A stretch of 64,000 nucleotides of DNA from the IMG/VR virus record IMGVR_UViG_3300025168_000032, positions 1-64,000 of that record, one strand, 5' to 3'. This document shows positions 37,224 to 47,811 of this stretch, one piece after another; position 1 is the stretch's first letter; each line of letters starts with the position of its first letter. The translations under genes were made by a program, and so were the position numbers. Origin of the DNA: a virus. Under the pieces are notes generated by a model. That model was given only the letters and a program-made list of their open reading frames with translations. It made no database searches and had not been told where the DNA came from.

Positions 37224-39026
37224 ATGCCAAAAAGCAAAAATATTAATATAAAATACACCAGTAGAGAATTTGAATCTATCAAGGAAGACCTTATAGATCA
37301 TGCTAAACGATATTACCCAGATACCTATAGGGACTTCTCGAAGCCTTCATTCGGAGCAATGGTAATAGACAGTGTGGCTTACGTTGGCGATGTGTTGTCA
37401 TATTATTTAGACTATCATGTTAATGAATCCTTTATGGATACGTCGATAGAATTTGATAATATCAGGAAACATGCTAGATCCCTTGGTTATAACTACACTG
37501 GTGTTCCTACTACATACGGTATTTTAGATTTTTATGTTCTATGCCCAGCCAATGCAGAAGGAACAGCCCCAGATTTAACTTACTTACCAACGTTAAAAGC
37601 AGGATCGACCTTTACATCTGAAAACGGTGGAAATTTTATATTAACAGAGGACGTTATCTTCAATAGCGTAAACAACGAATTTAGAGCAGCTAGATTTAAT
37701 GGCGCGACAGGTGCTACAACCAATTTCGCTGTAAAAACTACAGGTCAAGTTCAATCTGGTATGCTGATGTCTGCTGAAGCAGACCTGACAGACGAAGCCT
37801 TCGAGAGATTCAGAAAAGTCAGAGTTGGTGCAGGAGAAGTTACGGATATAACAAGTGTTGTAGATTCCGAAGGAAATAAATACTATGAAGTTGATAACCT
37901 TGCTCAAGAAACCATATTAGTCGAAACCACAAACCCGGACGCCCTCACTGATGGTGTCAGATCTATAATCAAACCTTTTGTGGCCACTAGAAGATTTACT
38001 GTGGAGAGGGACGATACTGGAACATATCTACAATTTGGATTTGGTTCAGGGGAAGAAGACCCAACTGCTTTAGTCGACCCATCAAAAATTGCTTTAAAGA
38101 TGCACGGCAAAAATAATATAACTCTATCTTCTTTTGACCCTAGTAAATTATTAAAAAATGATAAACTTGGTGTCTCTCCTTACAACACAGTCCTCACGAT
38201 CATATACAAGTTGAATAACATTGGATCGATAAATGCAGGAGCGAATAGCGTCAGTGTTGTTTCGCGAGCAATTTATAATTTTAACAACTTAACTAGTTTG
38301 GATACCAGTCTTGTTTCCGGAGTAAAAAACTCTCTAGAATGTACAAATCCGCTTCCCATTACGTCTGTTATCGATAGCTCCGTAACCGTTCAAGAAATTA
38401 AACAAAGAGCAAAGGCATCCTTCGCAGCACAAAGTAGAGCGGTAACAAAGCAAGACTATGAGTCTTTAGTGTACAATATGCCTCCAAAATTTGGAGCAGT
38501 AAAGAGGGCGAATATAGTTAATGACCCTTCTTCAACGAATAGGCGGATTTCCTTATATGTGATATCAGAAGACGATAGCGGCAATTTAGAATCTCCGGGT
38601 CAGGTGACCAAAAACAATATTAAAAATTGGCTTGTATCTTACAAGTCGTTAAACGATGTTATCGACATTTACGATGCTATAGTGATTAATTTTAAAATTA
38701 ATTTTTTAGCTATTTCTGATAAAAGATATGACAATAAAGAGGTACTATTTGCATGTGCAGAGGCCCTTAGAGTATACTTTGAAGACATTCTTTATATCGG
38801 TGAGCCACTATATTTGACTAGATTATACGAGGTCTTGAATAGAGTAGAAGGCGTCGTAGACATAAAAAATGTCTCAATTGATGAGGCCGTTGGCGGATTG
38901 TATTCAGGCGCCAGTTTAAATTTCAAAAAAATTCTATCTAAAGATGGAACATATTATAAAGTTCCTAGAAACGTGGTTCTTGAATTAAAATATCCATCTC
39001 TAGACATAAAAGGTACAGTAAAATAA
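37224..39026 (+). CDS. Baseplate wedge subunit, T4 gp6/baseplate J-like
   Basis: YTSREFESIKEDL...DFS..SFG...D..AYVGD.LSYY.D, LQFGFG and RAVTKQDYE. Confidence 0.9.
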   Translation: MPKSKNINIKYTSREFESIKEDLIDHAKRYYPDTYRDFSKPSFGAMVIDSVAYVGDVLSYYLDYHVNESFMDTSIEFDNIRKHARSLGYNYTGVPTTYGILDFYVLCPANAEGTAPDLTYLPTLKAGSTFTSENGGNFILTEDVIFNSVNNEFRAARFNGATGATTNFAVKTTGQVQSGMLMSAEADLTDEAFERFRKVRVGAGEVTDITSVVDSEGNKYYEVDNLAQETILVETTNPDALTDGVRSIIKPFVATRRFTVERDDTGTYLQFGFGSGEEDPTALVDPSKIALKMHGKNNITLSSFDPSKLLKNDKLGVSPYNTVLTIIYKLNNIGSINAGANSVSVVSRAIYNFNNLTSLDTSLVSGVKNSLECTNPLPITSVIDSSVTVQEIKQRAKASFAAQSRAVTKQDYESLVYNMPPKFGAVKRANIVNDPSSTNRRISLYVISEDDSGNLESPGQVTKNNIKNWLVSYKSLNDVIDIYDAIVINFKINFLAISDKRYDNKEVLFACAEALRVYFEDILYIGEPLYLTRLYEVLNRVEGVVDIKNVSIDEAVGGLYSGASLNFKKILSKDGTYYKVPRNVVLELKYPSLDIKGTVK

Positions 39027-40552
39027 TGTCAATAAAAAAATACTTTGCAATCGCAGACAACACCATAACAAACGCATTTGAGGAGAATCTTTCGACAAGA
39101 GGCACGGGGTCCAACATGGGCCAGTCCGACATTCTCGAAGTGTTTTCTATATATGCTCAACAGAGCACAGGATCATCAGAATTAGCAAGATCCTTAATAC
39201 AATTTGATATATCTTCTATCACATCCGATAGAACAGCGGGTACGACACCAGCATCTGGAAGTGTTAGTTTTTATTTAAAACTCTATAATGCAGAACACTC
39301 TCTGACTTTGCCAAGGAATTATCATCTTGAGGTCAATTCTATTTCTGCCAATTGGGAAGAGGGCAACGGTCTTGACATGGATAACTATACAGATCTAACT
39401 TACGATTTCACAGGCTCTAATTGGATTAAGAGAGCAAGCTCGACTTCGTGGACCACAGCAGGTGGAGATTACCACACAGATACAAGTTCTTCCTTTAAGC
39501 AGTATTTTGAAATTGGCGATGAAAATTTAGAAATAGATGTAACCACATTGGTCGAGCAATGGTTGAATAGCGGTGGTAACGTGCTGGGTAGCAAGACTAA
39601 CTATGGTGTGCTCGTTAGGTTATCAGGGTCACAAGAGGCTACTAGTTCTCTGAGCCCTGCTGGTGGTGGCGCTACAAAATCGTATTATACAAAGAAGTTC
39701 TTTGGCAGAGGTACAGAATTCTTTTTCGAAAAACCATCTATTGAAGCTCGATGGGACTCCTCAAGGAGAGACAATAGAGGTACATTTTATTTTAGTAGCT
39801 CGATTGCCCCAGCTTCAGAGAATTTAAATACTCTTTTCTTATATAATTATGTTAGGGGTAGGTTGAGAGACATCGCAGGTGCGACAACCCAGCTTCCAGT
39901 TTTAAATTTGCATTACGCTTCTGGGTCAGCACCAGAAGGCTCAGCCCAATATCTTAGAGATTCTTCAAATGCAGCAGCAAATTTTTTAAGCTCATCAAGA
40001 GTCTCAGAGGGTGTTTATAAAGCGCAGTTTTCAGTGACCAGTAGTGTTGTCACTGCAACGTATCCTTACTTGGTAGATGTTTGGACGTACAGTGGTTCCC
40101 AAATACAGACAGGCTCGGCATTTACTCCAACTGATTTTGGCATGGAAAACTATGATGTATCTAATACTCATGTACTAACAATGCCAAAGCTACTAAAAAA
40201 ATATTCAAATAAAGAAACGGAAAGATTTAGACTCTTTGTGAGAGATAAAGGTTGGTCTCCTAATGTTTATACTAAGGCGGTCTCTACTATCGATAGCAAG
40301 ATTATTGAAAGTGCCTCATTCCAAATTATGAGAACTGTAGACCAAAAAGTTGTTATTCCATACGGAACAGGATCTGACAATTATAGTATGCTATCTTATG
40401 ATGTGTCGGGAAATTATTTTGATTTTGATATGAGTTTGCTTGAATCTGGATACACTTACGCATTCAAGTATTCTTTCTATGATGATGCTGTTGGTGTATA
40501 TCGAGAGCAACCATATTTATTTAAATTCAAGGTAGAAAACGATGAGTATTAG
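39026..40552 (+). CDS. Structural protein with an N-terminal DNRLRE/CBM-like domain
   Basis: RSLIQFDIS, WEEGNG, WTTAGGDY and DVTTLVEQW. Follows the baseplate wedge gene. Confidence 0.6.
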   Translation: MSIKKYFAIADNTITNAFEENLSTRGTGSNMGQSDILEVFSIYAQQSTGSSELARSLIQFDISSITSDRTAGTTPASGSVSFYLKLYNAEHSLTLPRNYHLEVNSISANWEEGNGLDMDNYTDLTYDFTGSNWIKRASSTSWTTAGGDYHTDTSSSFKQYFEIGDENLEIDVTTLVEQWLNSGGNVLGSKTNYGVLVRLSGSQEATSSLSPAGGGATKSYYTKKFFGRGTEFFFEKPSIEARWDSSRRDNRGTFYFSSSIAPASENLNTLFLYNYVRGRLRDIAGATTQLPVLNLHYASGSAPEGSAQYLRDSSNAAANFLSSSRVSEGVYKAQFSVTSSVVTATYPYLVDVWTYSGSQIQTGSAFTPTDFGMENYDVSNTHVLTMPKLLKKYSNKETERFRLFVRDKGWSPNVYTKAVSTIDSKIIESASFQIMRTVDQKVVIPYGTGSDNYSMLSYDVSGNYFDFDMSLLESGYTYAFKYSFYDDAVGVYREQPYLFKFKVENDEY

Positions 40553-43500
40553 AGATCTTTTTGAAAAACCAGTTTCTATAGAAAACGTTTCAACTTCTAG
40601 TATGAAGGTTGAATCAAACGAGTATATTATAGAATCCACTAAAAGAGATAAAACATTTCAACCTTATGTGGATTTTAGCTCTGCTAGTAACTTTGCTAAA
40701 TTTGGCTCTGCTTACGAGTATTATACTAAGGCATTGGAGAGGATTTATGGTGATTATCCCTATGACGGATCAGAAAAAGAAAAAACCAAATTTGAAATAT
40801 CGTCTTCTTACTTAGACAAATATATTTTTGACAAGTTGTATCCCAAATCAACTGGGTATATTAATTTTTCATATGGCGGTTGGGGCTCCGGGTCTCCTGA
40901 CGCTCAGGGGTATGGTAGCACCGTTGCATCTTCAGATTATGAATATATTTTCATTAGGGGCGGAATACACACAGCATCTTCTGGGATGGAAAACTCACCA
41001 TTGTATAAAACTTTTGATAATTCAGTGGTTTATGATAGTGCTGCATCTCGAACTTCCACTTTCACACTAGATCCAGAAAAAGGATGGACTGTAGAGTTTT
41101 GGCTAAAGAAAGATGATTTTGATGCAACTAAGTCTTCTAGAGAAGTTATATTAGATTTATGGAACAACAACTCGACTGGTGGTTCTACATATGGTCGCTT
41201 CACTCTTTCTCTAAACGGCGGGTCGGCTCTAAACGGACTAAACAGCTTCCAAATGACATTCCGTAGCGGCTCATTAGCGTCTGGAAAGGGGATATTCGAA
41301 CAAACAGTATGTAGTAGTACATTTCACACTTCGTCATTAGCGACATGGGGCCATTACGCCCTATCGGTTGTCTCCGAATCTTCAGGCCTAATAACGAGGT
41401 TCTATACTAACGGCGACCTAAACCAAAAAACGACTCACAACGTTGGTGGCGCGATGGGCTCGGTAGGCGGAAGAATAAATGGGTACATTGGATCTTTGAT
41501 TGGTACAACTTCCCATCTATCTCCATCTAACCAATATGCTGGTAAACTAAGCGCTAGTTTAGATGACTTCCGTTTTTGGAAAGCAAGGAGAACCTCAGAA
41601 GAGGTTTATGATAATTGGTATGTACCTGCAAACGGCGGAACTAATACTGATGATGCTAATATTGATCTTGGTCTTTATTATAAATTTAATGAGGGCATAA
41701 CTGGATATTCTAGCAAAGACTCTGTTGTATTGGATTATTCTGGCCGAATCATCAACGGGTCTTGGACTGGTTACGCTGCGGGATCGAGAAACACAGGCTC
41801 AGCGTTTGTATCTTCTAGCTTGGTCACGACTGAAAAAGAAGACCCAATAGTGTATAGTACCCACCCAACCGTTGTTAACTTGTTGTCCGAATTGCAAACC
41901 TCTGGTAGTGATTGGGATGTTATCAACCCCTCTTTGTTATATAACACAATACCACAGTGGATAAGAGACGAAGACGAAGAGACGAACAGCAATGTCAAAT
42001 ACCTTTATCAAATAATAGCAAGCCATTTTGACACTTTGCATTCTCAAATAACAGCCCTACCATCTTTACAGAACAGAGTGTTTCCCAGTTCAAGCTATAA
42101 GGCACTTCCTTTTGCAAAAGATATGTTAGAGAGCAAGGGGCTGGTAACACCAAATCTTTTTGTTAATTCTAATCTTATTGAGATGTTCGGGGATAGAGAT
42201 GATAACCAAGTATTATTTGAAGAAAAACTGAGTGAGATAAAGAATCTGATCTATACTAACATTTACAATAACTTGGATTTTATTTATAAATCTAAAGGAA
42301 CAGAGAGATCAATTAGGAATATGCTTAGATGTTTTGGTATTGACGACGAAATCGTTAAGCTTAACGTTTATACTGATGGCGGAACTCACTATTTCAATGA
42401 CAAGCACAAGCAAACTTCGCAGACTACAAAGTATATAAACTTTAATAGTGGCTCTTTGATGAGCGCAACAATGTTCCTCACAGCCTCAGACAGTAATTCA
42501 CTATCTTACATATCAGGCTCAGAGGCGTCCAAAAGCGAGCAATTTTCGGCCTTTACGGCAGAGATCGACGTAGTAGTGCCATATAAGCTAAAGATGCACG
42601 AAAAGGGGCATTTTGACACTTCGTTTCTATCGAGTTCCATCTTTGGTATGCATAGGCCTGCTGACGGTGGTGCTGGTACTGATTATACTTGGAGACCGCT
42701 AACCGAAGACATAGGTAATTTTCAAATTTACCTACTTCGTGATGGAATAGAATCAGAAAACGCCCAATTTGTATTAACAAACAGAGATGGATCACTTTAT
42801 CTGACTTCTAGTGTTTATAATCAAATCTACAATAACCAAAGGTGGAATATAGCAGTCCGAGTAAAACCTGACAAGTATCCATTAATTGGTAATATTGTCT
42901 CCTCATCTAACCCCACATACAACGTAGAACTTTATGGTGTTACACACGACTATGATGATGTTCGAAGCGAATTCACTGTAACATCGAGTGTATCTTACGA
43001 TAGCGGATCAGCGTTTCTATCTGATAGCAAGCGTTTTTACTTCGGTTCTCATGTCGAGAACTTCACGGGCTCTGTACTACAACAGACTGATATGAAGATC
43101 GGTGCGTTTAGATTTTATATGGATTATTTAGAAGATTCTATCATTAAGCAACACAATTTAGATCCCTCAAACTATGGACTTAGAAAGAGTTATCAGAGTC
43201 CTACTTTATTTTCATTAAATTTGGACAAACAAGTCCCAAGTGCGGATTTGATAGCTGCTAATCATGATTTTTCAACTGTGACCGGCTCTAATGCAAGCGG
43301 CCAGTTCATAGTTGAGGATTTATCAAGCGGATCGTCAGATGTGATATACGGCTGGATTGACAACATCAACAGGAGGGAACACAGGGTCTTAGGACATGGA
43401 TTCCCAGCTTCTGTTTCTACGATGGTTGATAACGAACCTATATTCTCTTTTAAGAAAGAGTTGCCTGAAATTGCGTTTACAGCAAACAACGTTTTTATCA

Positions 43501-46500
43501 AAGGGGATAAAGAAGAATCAATCATCAAAGACGATGATGTTAGTGACAACCTGTACGCCCTTGAGAAGAGTATGGGCCAAGTAGTTTCAGAAGAAATGTT
43601 AAAGATGTTCTCCTCTGTTAAGGAAATGAATAATCTTGTTGGTAAGGCAATAGATAGATATAGGATAGAATACAAAAATTTGAACATCTTGAGAAGATTG
43701 TTTTTCGAAAAAAATGAGGGAGACCCAAATTTCGATCGATTTACTGAGTATTTTAAATGGATTGATGTAACTGTGTCTGAAATGGTAAACCAGTTGTTCC
43801 CAATCAGCACCAGACACTCAAAAGGTATTTCTAATATTATTGAAAGTCACATGTTGGAGCGTAACAAGTATCAAAATAAGTTCCCCCTTCTGGATATATA
43901 CTCAGCGACAGAGACCAGTATTAAAAGTTATTCTGAGTTAAATTATAATTGGAAATTCGGTCATGCTCCGTTGCCTGATTCTGAAAATGATAATTGCCTT
44001 TGGAACAAAGATCGGGAAGTAAGAACGGATATAGCAGATCGCGAATCAATAAGAAAAGTTATCCTTAACCACAATAATGCTACAGCGTTGAGTGCCTCAA
44101 CTGAGACAGGTGTTGTTTACGAGGCCTCGACTTACGCTATAAGGAAATTGGCCAAACCATACTCTATCGAGACAACGCTTGGTAGCAGAATACACGCTGG
44201 TATAAACCATCCCGAGAACAAAGACAGAGACTTTATCCACAATGCAGTAAGTCGCCATGGTGATAAAACAAACATTGGCATACCAAAAAATGTCGTTTTA
44301 GTTGGTGGTGGCACTGGCTCTGGTGTTATAACAAAACGAAGATGTGACGACATACACAGGCCGAACATTAAAGAAAATTTAAATGTTGATGCGTTCATAG
44401 GTAAATACGCTGGTGGTGGATCTACACCAACTCCCACAAACGCTAATGAAACTTACAATTACAGAACTGATGTTTCGAAGTTGCCATTGACAATTGTTTC
44501 TCAATCAGTACGTAGTGGTTATGGGGCTTCGGTTTTGAATGAATATCATGATGTCAGGATAACCAATCTCCACTCTGACACTACTGATTTTACAAACGAA
44601 ATCCCAATGCAGGGCCCTTTTACAAATACTTGGGTTGGCGGTCACCAATCTAGACACATCGAGGTTAATAGATACGATAACACCCTGAATGATGACGATT
44701 CAGGCGGTGCTCCCCCTAATAATATCCACAATCAGTACACCAGACCAGAGGCATGGCGTCTATTGTTCGGAGAAAGAGACTCGGGTGGATTCACTAAGTA
44801 TGATGGAGCCTTTGGATTCACAGGTTTCGATTATGGCGGCCCTTATCCCGACCCGGCAAGAAAAGGAGCAACTTTTTACCGTGGCGAAAGAGCCAAGCGA
44901 CCTGTTAATATCGAAAACATAAAAACCACGACAGGGAGCATCAGCCACGGAAGCTTTTACCAAAATTATGAGTTAGTTTCTGCTGTCGGGAAACAAGAAA
45001 ATAATCTTTATTTTAGGAAAAACCCGGTACAGTCAAATTACTTACCGACTTCTATAACAGCATCGTTGCCGACGACGACTCACCCGTTGACCCTTGTGGC
45101 GTATGCAGCAACAGCCAATGGTAATGTTTTTGGTAAACACTCGAACAATAGACAACCAGACATCCCGGCAGTCACGGGAGCCACAGCTAGCGCAGAGTTC
45201 AACGCTTATGGTACATCCGGATCGAATGAGTACTCCCTGATTAATACTTGGCTTGAGCAAGCGGGTAAAAACCATGGTATCTTGATTGAAGATGTGGGTA
45301 TCTCAATAGGGGTATCAGGCTCAGCAGCATATTCAGGCGATTTTGACACTGTTGCAAAACCAACAGGAAGCTCGGTTGAATACTGGAATGAATTAAATAG
45401 ACTTTTGACTGCTGTTCCTGCTATAACTTCAACTTATTCAATAGTAAACGCGGTCGATAATTATAGTCAAGGCTTTACCTGTCATTCAATTAACGGTCAG
45501 AACGTAGCCCTGAGCAGTAGCACGCTTGTAGGAGCCAGTGGTTCGGCAGCTTTTACTTTTTCATCATGGATAAATGTGTCCACCGCTTCGACTGGTCATG
45601 TCAAAAATCTGTTTTATACGGCAGCTTCTAAAGGCGGTCAAAGATCAGCAGAAATAAAAATTGATACAAATGGCCACTTATCTCTTACAAGGTATGGGGT
45701 TACTGGTGGTGGCGGATCTTCTAATTCGACAATTCAGATAAACGATTTTCAGGCTAGTTATAGCGGAAGCTGGATACACCTTGCATGTATATGTGGTGCA
45801 GACTACACTACAAGAGGCCAAACAGCATTTTATGTCAATGGGGTGTCTCAATCAGTAAATTCCGAGAGTCCCGGTGGCGGAACCGCACATGTAATTTCTG
45901 GGGCGGTATTTGTAATGAGCAACGGACATCAAGCAGATAGTCACTACTTCCCTTTTCAAGGAAAATATGATGAAGTATCGTATTGGAAAGCCCCATTGAC
46001 TGCCGTTCAGGTAATACAATTATACAATTGTGGTACAAAGTTTAATTTAACAGGCGCCTCCGCTGGAACTTATCTTCCAACTGGTGATTTGACTTCTTGG
46101 TGGACCTTTGATGATACTACAATTACAGGTAGTATGCACACCGGGTTTACAATCACAGACCATGCTGCCACATTTGGGGCTAATACGTTAACCGTTAAAG
46201 ACAAATATCAAGAAGCAGGGTCGGGCATCTTATTAACACCAGTAAGCGGAGTTATAAATGCAAAACCAATGGCGCTGTTTTCATTAAAAACGTCAACAAA
46301 CACCGCTGCTTACAACGGGGAAACAACACACGGAATAACAGCCGGGTTCGTTACTAGTTCTGCGATTACTATTGGTGTCGACCACTTTGCTTATCTGAAT
46401 TGTACAAGCTCCTTATCTGGAACTATTTCATTTACTGGTGGTATTAATGACTCTGTTGCTTCAAGGAACTTGCATTCGATCAATGACTCTCTTCTTGGCG

Positions 46501-47810
46501 AATCTAAAAACAGAACAATTATAACATCTCGCTTTTCAGCACCGGGTGGTATTGAAGTGCAAAGCAAGGGGTATTTAGATGCATACTCTCACGAATATTC
46601 TGTTCACAATGCACTGCCATATAGAAATCTGACAGTTAGAGGCTCTGGTTCAGGCGAGTCTGGTACGATTAGGGCTATAGATATACATGGCAACAGATCA
46701 GGCTTAAGAACACATCTACAAAGACATAGTGGTAAATTTGGAAGCGATTCAGGAGTGGGCTCCGTCACCTCGACAGAGTATGTCACTGTTCCCTCGTTTC
46801 ATAAAATACCAAGAAATGTTAGCAGAAAACCAACCAGTACTTCTCAATTATTATCTCCTGTTTTTAATGAGGACCATAACAACGCCTTTTTTCAGAGTCC
46901 AATTCCGCAAAGTGATTACCAATATAGTTGGGTTACCTCATCTTTAAACTATAACTATGGAATCAGAAGTGGAAAACAACGGGTTTATGGTTACCTCCCA
47001 AGGGATGGTGAATTAGTAAACACAGACTTGGATCAAAGTGCTAATTTTTCAAGTAACACTAGTTTTATCGAGATAGGCACGGATACTCTGTGGAACGGTA
47101 TTGTTGGCCAAGGAAGTTCCAATAGAACAATGGCTTGCGCTTTCTGGTTTAAAAGAACAACAGATACTGTCTCATACGACTATCAAAGAATTCTTTCCTT
47201 CTCATATAGAGATTTGCAATTATCTTTGTTCGAAAACAAATTTAGATTCGAGGCAGACTGGTCTACAACAGATGGGGTTTGGATTTCCAAGGAGACGTTT
47301 GAACTCAACAGGTGGTACCACATAGTTCTTATGTATGATGGTGGTGCAACTTCGAATGATCCGGTACTATATATTGATGGAGCCCTAGCGAATGGTTTCG
47401 ATGAAACGGCAACCCCAGTCGGAAGCCTTGTGCCCTTATCTGGACAAAATTGTTACATAGGAAATAGTTATTTTAAGAACGAAGCATTTAGGGGAAATTT
47501 GGATAACTTTGCAATCTTTAGCGATGGGTTATCGCAAGCGAATGTAACCACCCTATATAACGATGGTGATAGATTCAGGGAATACGCGTATAGGACAAAC
47601 ATGGAATTGTATTACAGAATGGGCGCAGGAAGCTACAAGGGGCTTACGCTGGAAAGTTTTAGTGAAGACACAACAAGTAACTTTTATGACATTTCAGGTA
47701 ACGGTAGAAATTCTACTGATGCTGCTAATTTATCATTTACAACTTTATTTTCGTACACTGTTTACGATGCGATAACCTTTCCCACAGCCTCAGAGATTTT
47801 TGGAGTATAA
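40542..47810 (+). CDS. Giant (2422 aa) baseplate/tail protein with several LamG/concanavalin A-like domains
   Basis: Repeated LamG patterns WTVEFW..WGHYA..LDDFRFW, FSSWIN..WIHLA..GKYDEVSYW and CAFWFK..WYHIVLMYDG..GNLDNFAIF, plus a wedge-like KSKGTERSIR motif. Confidence 0.8.
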   Translation: MSIRDLFEKPVSIENVSTSSMKVESNEYIIESTKRDKTFQPYVDFSSASNFAKFGSAYEYYTKALERIYGDYPYDGSEKEKTKFEISSSYLDKYIFDKLYPKSTGYINFSYGGWGSGSPDAQGYGSTVASSDYEYIFIRGGIHTASSGMENSPLYKTFDNSVVYDSAASRTSTFTLDPEKGWTVEFWLKKDDFDATKSSREVILDLWNNNSTGGSTYGRFTLSLNGGSALNGLNSFQMTFRSGSLASGKGIFEQTVCSSTFHTSSLATWGHYALSVVSESSGLITRFYTNGDLNQKTTHNVGGAMGSVGGRINGYIGSLIGTTSHLSPSNQYAGKLSASLDDFRFWKARRTSEEVYDNWYVPANGGTNTDDANIDLGLYYKFNEGITGYSSKDSVVLDYSGRIINGSWTGYAAGSRNTGSAFVSSSLVTTEKEDPIVYSTHPTVVNLLSELQTSGSDWDVINPSLLYNTIPQWIRDEDEETNSNVKYLYQIIASHFDTLHSQITALPSLQNRVFPSSSYKALPFAKDMLESKGLVTPNLFVNSNLIEMFGDRDDNQVLFEEKLSEIKNLIYTNIYNNLDFIYKSKGTERSIRNMLRCFGIDDEIVKLNVYTDGGTHYFNDKHKQTSQTTKYINFNSGSLMSATMFLTASDSNSLSYISGSEASKSEQFSAFTAEIDVVVPYKLKMHEKGHFDTSFLSSSIFGMHRPADGGAGTDYTWRPLTEDIGNFQIYLLRDGIESENAQFVLTNRDGSLYLTSSVYNQIYNNQRWNIAVRVKPDKYPLIGNIVSSSNPTYNVELYGVTHDYDDVRSEFTVTSSVSYDSGSAFLSDSKRFYFGSHVENFTGSVLQQTDMKIGAFRFYMDYLEDSIIKQHNLDPSNYGLRKSYQSPTLFSLNLDKQVPSADLIAANHDFSTVTGSNASGQFIVEDLSSGSSDVIYGWIDNINRREHRVLGHGFPASVSTMVDNEPIFSFKKELPEIAFTANNVFIKGDKEESIIKDDDVSDNLYALEKSMGQVVSEEMLKMFSSVKEMNNLVGKAIDRYRIEYKNLNILRRLFFEKNEGDPNFDRFTEYFKWIDVTVSEMVNQLFPISTRHSKGISNIIESHMLERNKYQNKFPLLDIYSATETSIKSYSELNYNWKFGHAPLPDSENDNCLWNKDREVRTDIADRESIRKVILNHNNATALSASTETGVVYEASTYAIRKLAKPYSIETTLGSRIHAGINHPENKDRDFIHNAVSRHGDKTNIGIPKNVVLVGGGTGSGVITKRRCDDIHRPNIKENLNVDAFIGKYAGGGSTPTPTNANETYNYRTDVSKLPLTIVSQSVRSGYGASVLNEYHDVRITNLHSDTTDFTNEIPMQGPFTNTWVGGHQSRHIEVNRYDNTLNDDDSGGAPPNNIHNQYTRPEAWRLLFGERDSGGFTKYDGAFGFTGFDYGGPYPDPARKGATFYRGERAKRPVNIENIKTTTGSISHGSFYQNYELVSAVGKQENNLYFRKNPVQSNYLPTSITASLPTTTHPLTLVAYAATANGNVFGKHSNNRQPDIPAVTGATASAEFNAYGTSGSNEYSLINTWLEQAGKNHGILIEDVGISIGVSGSAAYSGDFDTVAKPTGSSVEYWNELNRLLTAVPAITSTYSIVNAVDNYSQGFTCHSINGQNVALSSSTLVGASGSAAFTFSSWINVSTASTGHVKNLFYTAASKGGQRSAEIKIDTNGHLSLTRYGVTGGGGSSNSTIQINDFQASYSGSWIHLACICGADYTTRGQTAFYVNGVSQSVNSESPGGGTAHVISGAVFVMSNGHQADSHYFPFQGKYDEVSYWKAPLTAVQVIQLYNCGTKFNLTGASAGTYLPTGDLTSWWTFDDTTITGSMHTGFTITDHAATFGANTLTVKDKYQEAGSGILLTPVSGVINAKPMALFSLKTSTNTAAYNGETTHGITAGFVTSSAITIGVDHFAYLNCTSSLSGTISFTGGINDSVASRNLHSINDSLLGESKNRTIITSRFSAPGGIEVQSKGYLDAYSHEYSVHNALPYRNLTVRGSGSGESGTIRAIDIHGNRSGLRTHLQRHSGKFGSDSGVGSVTSTEYVTVPSFHKIPRNVSRKPTSTSQLLSPVFNEDHNNAFFQSPIPQSDYQYSWVTSSLNYNYGIRSGKQRVYGYLPRDGELVNTDLDQSANFSSNTSFIEIGTDTLWNGIVGQGSSNRTMACAFWFKRTTDTVSYDYQRILSFSYRDLQLSLFENKFRFEADWSTTDGVWISKETFELNRWYHIVLMYDGGATSNDPVLYIDGALANGFDETATPVGSLVPLSGQNCYIGNSYFKNEAFRGNLDNFAIFSDGLSQANVTTLYNDGDRFREYAYRTNMELYYRMGAGSYKGLTLESFSEDTTSNFYDISGNGRNSTDAANLSFTTLFSYTVYDAITFPTASEIFGV

Positions 47811-47811
47811 A

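Noticed and set aside
25497-39026. T6SS or extracellular contractile injection system
   Set aside because: No TssJLM/ClpV or Afp-type ATPase. A phage sigma factor, resolvase and head-cargo-like genes favour a true phage.
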